Shown here: positions 21,620-32,900 of the stretch, piece after piece
How positions within the stretch are numbered: the first letter of the stretch is position 1
How the letters are laid out: each line of letters opens with the position of its first letter
DNA from: Anaeramoeba ignava BMAN
Lineage: Eukaryota; Protista; Anaeramoebae
DNA: 64,000 nucleotides
NCBI GenBank assembly: GCA_028826165.1
Contig: JAPDFW010000063.1
Coordinates: 744,001-808,000, forward strand
Direction: 5' to 3'
Translations under genes and position numbers: made by a program
The notes under the pieces: generated by a model
Database searches by the model: none
Seen by the model: the letters and a program-made list of their open reading frames with translations, nothing else
What the model was told of the DNA's origin: nothing

Positions 21620-23011
21620 ATGAACCTAAATGAAAAATTAAATGAAAAAGTAAATGAAAAATTAAATGAAAAATTAAATGAAAAATTAAATGAAAATGAA
21701 AAAGAAATTAAAACAATCTTTAATACAAAAAATTGGGTTAAAAATCATATTCAAAAAATAAAAATGTCATCTACGTTAGAAATGAATATGAAGATGAAAA
21801 AATTAGAAGATCAAGGAAAAAAAGTGTATAAATTTGGATTTGGACAATCACCATTTCCAATTCCAGAAAAAATGATAGAAAATATCAAAGAAAATGTTCA
21901 TGAAAATGCATATCCACCAGTTGAAGGAATTAAAGAACTAAGACAAACAATTGCGAAATTTGAATCAATTCAAAAAAAACAAGATCCAACTTTTTATTCA
22001 GAAAATAATGTTATTATTGGAACTGGTTCTAAAATAAATATGTTTAATTTAATGACTATTGCTAATTGCACTGTTATAGTTGTTACTCCTGCTTGGGTTT
22101 CATATGCAAAACATACAGAGATACTTGATTTGCCAATCGAATATATTCACACAAGTTTTGAAGATAATTATAAATTAAAACCTCAAATTCTTCAAGAAAA
22201 ACTGTCAAAAATCAACGGAAATGCTTTATTGGTAATTAACTCACCAAATAACCCAACTGGCCTATCTTATTCAAAACAAGAAATCGAAGAGCTCTCAGTT
22301 GTTTTGAAGAAACATCCAGTTATTGTTCTTGCTGATGAAATATATTCACTTCTTTCTTTTGATAATGATTATCATTCAATAGCTGAATTTTGTCCAGAAA
22401 GAACAATCATTTCATCAGGAATTTCCAAAACATTTGGTGCTGGCGGTTGGAGATTGGGATATTTTGTTTTTCCTGAAGAACTTACTTTTTTGATTCAACC
22501 AATGAAAATTATAACAAGTCATACTTTTTCTGCAGCAAATTTACCAGTTCAATTTACAACTAAATTTGCTTATTCAAATTTTGAACAATTTCAAGAAGAA
22601 ATCAATAAATCAATAATTATTTTGAGATCAATTGCTAATTTTGGATATAAAACATTTACAAAAGCAAAAATAAGAACAATTTTCCCAAATGGAGGTTTTT
22701 ATTTCTATATTGATTTTGAAAATTTTAGAACTTCTTTGGAATCTAATAATATTAAAGATTGTGATAGTTTATGTGAACATATTTTACAAGATGCTAATGT
22801 TGCTCTTCTTGCTGCTAATAGTTTTGATCGTGATATTAATGAACTTGCTGCAAGACTTGCTTTCGTTAATTTTGATGGCAAATTAGTTCTTGATAATTTT
22901 AGTTATGAATATGTTCAAAAAGATGGATTTCTTTCAGATTCTTTTCTTCGAGAGTTTTGTAGTGAAACTATTGAAGGATTTGAAAAACTTGCTGATTGGG
23001 TTCCAAAATAG
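21620..23011 (+). CDS. PLP-dependent class I/II aminotransferase (aspartate aminotransferase subgroup Ib-like), intronless
   Basis: GFGQSPF, GSK, PAWVSY, NSPNNPTG and DEIY motifs; SGISK(PLP-Lys)TFGAGGWRLG; terminal ARLAF arginine. Confidence 0.92.
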   Translation: MNLNEKLNEKVNEKLNEKLNEKLNENEKEIKTIFNTKNWVKNHIQKIKMSSTLEMNMKMKKLEDQGKKVYKFGFGQSPFPIPEKMIENIKENVHENAYPPVEGIKELRQTIAKFESIQKKQDPTFYSENNVIIGTGSKINMFNLMTIANCTVIVVTPAWVSYAKHTEILDLPIEYIHTSFEDNYKLKPQILQEKLSKINGNALLVINSPNNPTGLSYSKQEIEELSVVLKKHPVIVLADEIYSLLSFDNDYHSIAEFCPERTIISSGISKTFGAGGWRLGYFVFPEELTFLIQPMKIITSHTFSAANLPVQFTTKFAYSNFEQFQEEINKSIIILRSIANFGYKTFTKAKIRTIFPNGGFYFYIDFENFRTSLESNNIKDCDSLCEHILQDANVALLAANSFDRDINELAARLAFVNFDGKLVLDNFSYEYVQKDGFLSDSFLREFCSETIEGFEKLADWVPK

Positions 23012-23172
23012 TTTCAATTTTGAATTCCACTTTTTCTTTCAATTTTGAATTCCTTTTTTTTTCAATTTGAAATTCCTTTTTTTTTTTTCAATTTGAATTC
23101 CACTTTTTTTTTTTCAATTTGAAATTCCACTTTTTTTTGGAAATTCAAAAAAAAATAAAATTAATAAAATCA

Positions 23173-24280
23173 AATTAATTTTTATTTAAATTTTTGAATT
23201 AAATCGAATTAACTTTTATTTATAAATTATTTTAAAATATTAAAATAAAATAAATTTAATGTTTATTTCTAAATATTTTTTATTATTTTAAATTATAAAA
23301 AAAGGAATTATTTTTATTCCACTTTTTTTTATTTTTATTTTTCAAAAATTATTTCAAAATAATAAATAATAAAAATATATTTTAATTAATAAATTATTTT
23401 TATATATATATTTTTAAAATTAATTCCATTTTAATTTATAAATTAATTATAATTAAAAAATAAGAAATAAAATTAATTAAATTAAATTAAATTTTTCTTT
23501 AATTTTCAAATTATTTTTAATTAATTTTTATTTAAATTTTTGAATTAAATTGAATTAACTTTTATTTATAAATTGTTTTTAAAATATTAAAATAAAATAA
23601 ATTTAATGTTTATTTCAAAATATTTTTATTATTTTAAATTATAAAAAAAAGAATTATTTTTATTCCACTTTTTTTTTTTTATTTTTCAAAATTATCTCAA
23701 AATAATAAATAATAAAAATATATTTTAATTAATAAATTATTTATTAATATATATTTTTAAAATTAATTCCATTTTAATTTATAAATTAATTATAATTAAA
23801 AAATAAGAAATAAAATTAATTAAATTAAATTAAATTTTTTCTTTAATTTTCAAATTATTTTTAATTAATTTTTATTTAAATTTTTGAATTAAATTGAATT
23901 AACTTTTATTTATAAATTGTTTTAAAATATTAAAATAAAATAAATTTAATGTTTATTCCACTTTTTTTATTATTTTAAATTATAAAAAAAAGGAATTATT
24001 TTTATTCCACTTTTTTTTATTTTTATTTTTATAAATTATCTCAAAATAATAAATAATAAAAAAATATATTTTAAATAATAAATTATTTTATATATATATT
24101 TTTAAAATTAATTTCATTTTAATTTATAAATTAATTTTAATTAAAAATAAGAAATAAAATTAATTAAATTAAATTAATTTTTTTCTTTAATTTTCAAATT
24201 ATTTTTTAATTAATTTTTATTTAAATTTTGAATTAAATTGAATTAACTTTTATTTATAAATTGTTTTAAAATATTAAAAT
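23173..24280. repeat. About 345-bp unit tandem repeat, three copies plus a partial, between the aminotransferase paralogues
   Basis: AATTAATTTTTATTTAAATTTTTGAATTAAAT.GAATTAACTTTTATT recurs near 23173, 23519, 23863 and 24208. Confidence 0.85.
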
Positions 24281-24468
24281 AAAGAAAGGAGAATGATTTT
24301 AAAAATATTTTTTTTTTAAATTGAGGAAAATTTAATTTCATTTTCCTTTATTCTTTTTTTTTTTAATAAATTTTTTATTCTTTTTCCTTTTATTAAATTT
24401 TATTTTGTCATAAGAAGTAAATTCATTTAAAAAAAATAATAAAAAATAAAAAAGAAAAAGATCATAAA

Positions 24469-24757
24469 CACGTGTAAATTTATAACTAGAATTTATAACT
24501 AGAATTTAAATTTATAAATAGAAAATCTTTTAAATGTTGAATTTATAAATAGAATTTGAATTTATAAACAGAAAATCTTTTAAATGTTGAATTTATAAAT
24601 AGAATTTAAATTTATAAATAGAAAATCTTTTAAATGTTAAAATTATAAATAGAAAATCTTTTAAGTGTTGAATTTATAACTACAATTTAGATTTAAAAAT
24701 ATTTTAAAAAACAAAGAAACTGGAAAAAAAATTTTTTTCTATTAAACCACGTGTAAA
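24469..24757. promoter_or_regulatory. Two CACGTGTAAA (E-box/G-box) motifs upstream of aminotransferase 2
   Basis: CACGTG at 24469-24474 and 24748-24753, both followed by TAAA, in roughly 90% AT DNA. Confidence 0.4.
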
Positions 24758-24965
24758 AGAAAAGAAAATAAAAAAAAAGTCAAAAACACTAGATTTAAAA
24801 GAAAAATTAAAAGAAGAGAAAACAATCATTTTTATCATTCATTTTTTTTTATTATTTTTTTAATAATATTATTATCAATTTTTGATAATAAAATTTTTTT
24901 TTTATTTTTTGGATCACTTTTAATTCAAACAAATTATTAAAACAAATTATTCAAACAACAGAAAA

Positions 24966-26315
24966 ATGCAAATAGATCAAGAAGAAAAATACACAAAAGA
25001 AAAAGAAACAGAAAAAAGTCAATTTGATCCCTCAAAATGGATCCGATCACAATATCAAAATTTACAAATGTCATCAACACTAGCAATAAATCAAAGAAGC
25101 GCAGAATTAGAAAGTCAAGGAAGAAAGGTGTATAGATTTGGATTTGGACAATCACCATTTCCAGTTCCAGAAAGAATAGTGAAAAAATTACAAAAAAACG
25201 CTTTTCAAAACAAATACACAAGCGTTGAAGGAATTAAAGAACTAAGACAAACAATTGCGAAATTTGAATCAATGCAAAAAACACAAGATCCAACTTTTTA
25301 TTCAGAAAATAATGTTATTATTGCGCCTGGTTCTAAACTAAACATGGTTGATTTGATGATGATTTTAAAATGCACTACTCTTATAACCACTCCTGCTTGG
25401 GTTTCATATGCAAAACAGGCGCAAATACTTGATTTGCCAATCGAATATATTCACACAAGTTTTGAAGATGATTATAAAATAAAACCTCAAATTCTTCAAG
25501 AAAAACTGTCAAAAATCAACGGAACCGTTTTATTGATTCTTAATGCGCCAAATAACCCAACTGGCCAATCTTATTCAAAACAAGAACTCGAAGAGCTCTC
25601 AGTTGTTTTGAAGAAACATCCAGTTATTGTTCTTGCTGATGAAATATATTCATTTCTTTCTTTCGATAATGATTATCATTCAATAGCTGAATTTTGTCCA
25701 GAAAGAACAATCATTTCATCAGGAATTTCCAAAGGATTCGGTGCTGGCGGTTGGAGACTGGGATATCTTGTTTTTCCTGAGCAACTTAGCTTTCTCATCA
25801 AGCCCATTCAAAGTTTAGCTAGCGAAGTTTTCTCATCAACATCTTCGCCAATTCAATATTCTGCAGTTTCAATTTTTTCAAGTCTTCATAAACTTTCTGA
25901 ATATCTCGATAAATCAATAATTATTTTGAGATCAATTGCTAATTTTGGTTATAAAACATTTACAAAAGCAAAAATAAGAACAGTTTTTCCAAATGGAGGT
26001 TTTTATTTCTATATTGATTTTGAAAATTTTAGAACTTCTTTGGAATCTAATAATATTAAAGGCTCCCAAAGTTTATGTGAACATATTTTACAAGATGCTA
26101 ATGTTGCTCTTCTTGCTGCTAAAAATTTTAATCGTGATATTAATGAACTTGCTGCAAGACTTGCTTTTGTTGATTTTGATGGCAAATTGGCTCTGGATAA
26201 TTTTAGTTATGATCATGTTCAAAAAAATGGTTTTCTTACAGATTCTTTTCTTCGAGAATTTTGTGGGAAAACTATTGAAGGATTTGAAAAACTTGCTAAT
26301 TGGGTTCCAAAATAG
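24966..26315 (+). CDS. PLP-dependent aminotransferase, tandem paralogue of 21620-23011
   Basis: Same motifs (SGISKGFGAGGWRLG), long near-identical nucleotide tracts and a shared 3' flank. Confidence 0.92.
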   Translation: MQIDQEEKYTKEKETEKSQFDPSKWIRSQYQNLQMSSTLAINQRSAELESQGRKVYRFGFGQSPFPVPERIVKKLQKNAFQNKYTSVEGIKELRQTIAKFESMQKTQDPTFYSENNVIIAPGSKLNMVDLMMILKCTTLITTPAWVSYAKQAQILDLPIEYIHTSFEDDYKIKPQILQEKLSKINGTVLLILNAPNNPTGQSYSKQELEELSVVLKKHPVIVLADEIYSFLSFDNDYHSIAEFCPERTIISSGISKGFGAGGWRLGYLVFPEQLSFLIKPIQSLASEVFSSTSSPIQYSAVSIFSSLHKLSEYLDKSIIILRSIANFGYKTFTKAKIRTVFPNGGFYFYIDFENFRTSLESNNIKGSQSLCEHILQDANVALLAAKNFNRDINELAARLAFVDFDGKLALDNFSYDHVQKNGFLTDSFLREFCGKTIEGFEKLANWVPK

Positions 26316-26667
26316 TTTCAATTTTGAATTCCACTTTTTCTTTTTTTTTCAATTTTGAATTCCACTTTTTCTTTTCTTCTTTTTTTTTTTTAAATTTAAA
26401 ATTCTTTCCAATTATTTTTTTTTTGGAAATTTATTAAAATTTGTTTTAAATTTTCTTTTGAAATTTTAATAAATTTGAACTTAAATTATATTTTATTTTT
26501 AATTTTATTTTAATTTTATTTTAATTTTTTTTAACGGTTCTAACAGTTAGTCCTTTTCTTTTTTAAACAAAATTAATTATTTTTTTTTCCATTTTTCATT
26601 TATTCTTTTTATTTTTATTTTTATTTTTTTTATTTAAAAAAATTTTAATTTTTAAATTTAAAAGAAA

Positions 26668-29600
26668 ATGAGTTTTAGAGACAGATTTTTAAAAAGAAAA
26701 AACAGATTCAAAAAAACTTTTGATTTCAATGAATCAAGAGGAAAAAGAATGCAAACAGCAATTATGATTAGTAAAAATAAAAGAGATGAACAGTTGATGA
26801 AAAAAAGAAATATAAACATTTCTGTTAATCATATTGATTCAGATTCTGATGATGATGAACCAATTGATTTACTTGTTCGTTAAAAAAATTTATTTAAATT
26901 TTTTTCATTTTCCTTTTTTTTTTTCTCATTTTTTTGATCTTTAATTAATTTTTTCTTTCTTTTTTTTTTTTCTTTTTAGTTGAAAAATTTAAATTCTTAT
27001 GTTAATTCAATTAAATCAAATGATAATTCTCAAAAACAATTTGCTTTAATCAAAATTAGAAAAATTGTTTCTGTTGAAGAAAATCCACCAATTCAACAAA
27101 TTATTGATACTGGAATTATTCCTGATTTAATCAAAATTCTTTCACATGAAAAAAATGTCAAAATTCTTGTATTTAATTTTAATTTTGATTTTAATTTTAA
27201 TTTTGATTTTGATTTTGATTTTGATTTTAATTTTAATTTTAATTTTAGTTTGAAGCTGCTTGGATTTTAACAAATATTGCATCTGGAAATTCAAATCAAA
27301 CAAAAACCGTTACAAAAGCAGGTGCAATTCCACTTTTTGTTCGTTTATTAGAATCAAATGATGAAGATGTTCAAGAACAAGTAAAATAATTTGATTAAAA
27401 ATCAGAAAATTTTGATTAAAAATTAATTTAATTAAAATTAAAAAACAGGCAATTTGGGGAATTGCAAATATTGCAGGTGATCGTATTAAATATCGTGATC
27501 AATTTCTTCATTTTGGAGCTTTGTCCCAAATATTGAATATTATGAAACATACAACTTCACAAGATATTTTACAAAATGGAACTTGGGCAATTTCTAATCT
27601 TTGTAGAGGAAAACCGAAACCAGCTTTTTCCAAAGTATATTTTTCAAAATTCAAATATAAATATTTAAAATATAAATATAAATATAAATATAAATATAAA
27701 TATTTAAAATATAAATATAAATATAAATATAAATATAAATATAAATATAAATATCAATATTTAAAATATAAATAAATATAAATTCAAATTAAAATTTTAT
27801 TATTTTTAGTTAAGAATTGCTCTTCCATTTTTACAAAGATTATTGCAAAGTGTTGATTTAGGAATATTATCTGATGCTGCTTGGGCTGTTTCATATTTAA
27901 CAAATGGAGCAGATGAAGATATTGAAGAATGTGTTCAATCTGGAATTGTTCCTCCTTTAGTAAAATTACTTGAGTATTTATTGATATTTTTATTTGAAAA
28001 AAAAAATCAAAAAAAATTCCACTTTTTTTTGCTAGTTCAAATTATTTATTCAGGCAAAAATTTTTTCTTTCTTTTTTTTTTCTTTTTTATTTAGAATGAA
28101 TCAACCAAAATTAATTGCACCTGTTTTAAGAGCAATTGGAAATATTGTTTCTGGAACTGATGAACACACAACTGCTGTTCTAAAAGAAAATCCAATTCCT
28201 CGATTATTTGAACTTTCTTATAGTTCCCGTGATTCAATAAGAAAAGAAGTTTGTTGGATTCTTTCAAATATCAGTGCTGGAACTGAAGAACAAATTCAAC
28301 AATTTCTTCTTGTTGATGGAATTGTTGAAAGATTAGTAGAAATTTTGAAAACTGATAAATATGAAATTCGCAAGGAAGTTTCTTGGGTACTTTCAAATGC
28401 AATCACTGGAGGAAGTCCTGAACAAATCAAGTAAATATTTTATATTAAATTATTTTAAATTGGATTATTTTAATTGATTATTTTATTTGAATTATTTTAA
28501 TTGAATTATTTTATATTGGATTATTTTTTATTTATATTGAATTATTTTATATTGAATTATTTTATATTAAATTATTTTAATTGAATTATTTTATATTAAA
28601 TTATTTTAATTGAATTATTTTATATTGAATTATTTTATATTGAATTATTTTATATTGAATTATTTTAATTGAATTATTTTATTTGAATTATTTTAAATTG
28701 AATTATTTTAAATTAAATTATTTTAATTGAATTATTTTAATTGAATTATTTTAATTGATTATTTTATATTGAGTTATTTTATATTAAATTATTTTATATT
28801 AAATTATTTTATATTAAATTATTTTATTTTGAATTATTTTAATTATTTGAATTATTTTAATTATTTGAATTATTTTATATTGAATTATTTTAAATTGAAT
28901 TATTTTACATTGAATTATTTTATTTGATTATTTTATTTGATTATTTTATTTGATTATTTTATATTGAATTATTTTATATTGAATTATTTTATTTGAATTA
29001 TTTTATATTGAATTATTTTAATTGATTATTTTATTTGAATTATTTTATATTGGAATTATTTTATTTGAATTATTTTAATTGATTATTTTATATTGGAATT
29101 ATTTTAATTGAATTATTTTATATTGGATTATTTTATATTGAATTATTTTATATTGAATTATTTTATATTGAATTATTTTAATTGAATTATTTCGGATTAT
29201 TTTATATTGAATTATTTTATATTGAATTATTTTATAATTGAATTATTTTATATTGAATTATTTTATATTAAATTAATTAAATTATTTTATTTGAATTATT
29301 TTAATTGATTATTTTATTTGAATTATTTTAATTTAAATTAGAGCGATTGCACAAGAAGATTGTATTGAATCACTTTGTAATTTGTTGGAAATTAATGATA
29401 ATAAGATTTTTATTGTTGTTCTTGATGCTCTTAAATCTATTTTACAATTTGGAGAAGAACATTTTGAAGAAAATATTTATGCAAAATATTTAGAAGAAAT
29501 TGGAGCAGTTTCCAAAATTGAAACTCTTCAAAAACATTCAAATGATGAAGTTTATGAAAAAGCTTCTGATTTGATTCATCTTTATTTCTGGGAACCTAGT

Positions 29601-29729
29601 GATAATGATGTTGATGAAGAAATCTTCAATGATTCTTCTTTTGATTCTAATTTTCCAAATGTTGAAACTACTACTAATACTAATAATAATTTTTCTCAAA
29701 ATCAATCTCAACATATTTTTAATATTTGA
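26668..29729 (+). CDS. KPNA: Importin subunit alpha (karyopherin alpha), about 7 exons
   Basis: IBB domain ([13 protein letters not shown]) and ARM repeats ([56 protein letters not shown]), then [13 protein letters not shown]. Confidence 0.95.
28435..29335. repeat. About 15-mer satellite (TTGAATTATTTTATA)n in an importin intron
   Basis: Direct inspection of the sequence. Confidence 0.85.
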
Positions 29730-29969
29730 AAAAAAAAACAATTCAAATTTAATCAAAATTTAAATCAAATCAAATCAAAAAAAAAATAAATTTTCAAAAG
29801 TAAAATTATCTGTTTTTCTGTTTGTTTTTATTAAATTTGAATTTCATTTTGAATTTGATTTTGATTTTGAACTTGTTTTTGATTTTAATTTGAATTTTAA
29901 TTTTGATTTTTCATTTTTTTTTTCATTTTTTTTTTCCATTTTTAATTTTAATTTTTAATTTTTATAATA

Positions 29970-32900
29970 ATGAGTGATTCAAAAAATTCAAAATCAAAAT
30001 CCAAAACAAATGAAAAAACAGAAAAAAGCAAAAGCAAAAGCAATAATAATAATAATAAAGAAAAAGAAAAACCAAAAGAAAAAGAAAAACCAAAAGAAAA
30101 AGAAAAAGAAAAAAATAATGAAAAAGAAAATTCAAATGAGAAGCCATTAAATGAAGAAGATAAAAGAAGACAAGAACTTATTGAGAAAAGAAAGAAAGAA
30201 GATGAAGAAATGGAAAAACAAGATAAAGATGAAGGTCAACGTTTAATTGATATAGTCAATAAACTTCAAGATGCTTTTACTAAAGTTGGGTTTGTGTTAT
30301 AAAAATTATTTCAAAAAAAATTTAACTCAAAAAAAAATTAATTCAAAAAAAATTTAACTTTTAAAACATATTAGAATGGCAAATTTAGATTTACCTCAAA
30401 TTGCCGTTGTTGGTTGTCAAAGTTCTGGAAAAAGTAGTGTTCTTGAAAGTGTTGTTGGAAGGGATTTTCTTCCAAGGTTTGTTAAATCAATTTTATATCA
30501 ATTTTAAATCAATTTTAAATCAATTTTAAATCAATTTTATATCAATTTTATATCAATTTTAAATCAATTTTAAATCAATTTTATATCAATTTTAAATCAA
30601 TTTTATATCAATTTTAAATCAATTTTAAATCAATTTTAAATCAATTTTAAATCAATTTTATATCAATTTTATATCAATTTTAAATCAATTTTAAATCAAT
30701 TTTATATCAATTTTATATCAATTTTATATCAATTTTATATCAATTTTATATCAATTTTAAATCAATTTTAAATCAATTTTAAATCAATTTTAAATCAATT
30801 TTAAATTAATTTTATATTAATTTTAAATCAATTTTAAATCAAATTTAAATCAAATTTAATTAAATTTTAAATCAATTTTAAATCAATTTTAAATCAAATT
30901 TTAAATCAATTTTAAATCAATTTTATATCAATTTTAAATCAATTTTAAATCAATTTTAAATCAATTTTATATCAATTTTAAATCAATTTTAAATCAATTT
31001 TAAATCAATTTTATATTAATTTTATATCAATTTTATATCAATTTTAAATCAATTTTAAATCAATTTTATATCAATTTTAAATCAATTTTAAATCAATTTT
31101 ATATCAATTTTAAATCAATTTTAAATCAATTTTATATCAATTTTATATCAATTTTAAATCAATTTTAAATCAATTTTATATCAATTTTAAATCAATTTTA
31201 AATCAATTTTATATTAATTTTAAATCAATTTTATATTAATTTTAAATCAATTTTAAATCAATTTTATATTAATTTTAAATCAATTTTAAATCAATTTTAT
31301 ATTAATTTTAAATCAATTTTAAATCAAATTTATATCAATTTTAAATCAATTTTAAATCAAATTTAATTAAATTTTTAATCATAAAAGAGGAACAGGGATT
31401 GTGACAAGAAGGCCATTAGTCTTACAATTAATTAGAGATACAAGTCTTCAAGCTGGTAAATACAAAAATATTTTCAAAATAAATTTATTTTCTTATAAAT
31501 TTTTATTTTCTTTAAATTTAGAATATGGAGTATTTTTACATCGACCAAATGATAAGATTTATGATTTTAATGAAATTAGAGATGAAATTATTCGAGATAC
31601 TGAAAGAATTACAGGAAGAAATAAAGGACTTTCTCCTTTACCAATAAATCTCAAATTATTTTCACCAAATGTTGTTAATTTAACATTAATTGATTTACCT
31701 GGAGTAACAAAAATTGCAGTTGGTAAATCAAAACTATTATTATTTATTATTTATTTAATTATTTATTTATTATTTAATTATTTTATTATTTTTATTATTT
31801 TAATTATTTTATTATTTTTAGGTGATCAACCTGAAGATATTGAAAAACAAATTAATGATATGGTTTTAAATTATATTAAAAGACCAAATTGTATTATTTT
31901 AGCTGTTACACCAGCAAATACAGATTTAGCTAATTCAGATTCATTAAAACTTGCAAAAACTGTTGATCCAAAACGTAAAATTCAAAATAAAAATCAAAAT
32001 TAAAATCAAAATCAAAATCAAAATCAAAATCAAAATCAAAATCAAAATCAAAATCAAAATGGATATCAAAATCAAAATCAAAATCAAAATCAAAATTAAA
32101 ATCAAAATCAAAATCAAAATCAAAATCAAAATCAAAATCAAAATCAAAATCAAAATCAAAATCAAAAATAAAAAAATCAAAACCAAAATAAATTAAAATC
32201 AAAATCAAAATAAAAATCAAAATAAAAATCAAAATCAAATTCAAATTCAAAATAAAAATTAAAATTAAAATAAAAATTAAAATTAAAATCAAAATCAAAA
32301 TCAAAATCAAAATAAATCAAAATCAAAATCAAAATCAAAATCAAAATCACAAAATCAAAATCAAAATCAAAATAATCAAAATTCAAAATCAAAATCAAAA
32401 TCAAAATCAAAATCAAAATCAAAATAATCAAAATTAAAATTAAAATCAAAATCAAAATCAAAATCAAAATCAAAATCAAAATCAAAATTAAAATAAATAA
32501 AAATCAAAATCAAAATCAAAATAAAAATCAAAATAAAAATCAAATTCAAAAGGTGAAAGAACTATTGCAGTTTTAACAAAACTTGATTTAATGGATGAAG
32601 GAACAGATGCATCTGAAATTTTAGAAGGAAGAGTTATTGATATGAAATTTATAGGAGTTGTTAACAGAAGTCAAAAAGATATTGAAGAACACAAAAATAT
32701 AGATTCAGCAATTTCTGCTGAAGATGAATTTTTTCAATCACATCCTAAATATCATTATATGGCAGATTATATGGGAACACGTTATCTTGCAAAAATTTTG
32801 AATAATGTATTTTAATTTATAATAAAATATTTTAATTGAAAATAAATATTTTAATTGAAAATAAATATTTTAATTGAAATTATAATTTAGAAATTAATTC

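Noticed and set aside
23173-24280. The 345-bp repeat as a transposon or MITE
   Set aside because: The copies are head-to-tail with no evident terminal inverted repeats, target-site duplication or coding capacity.
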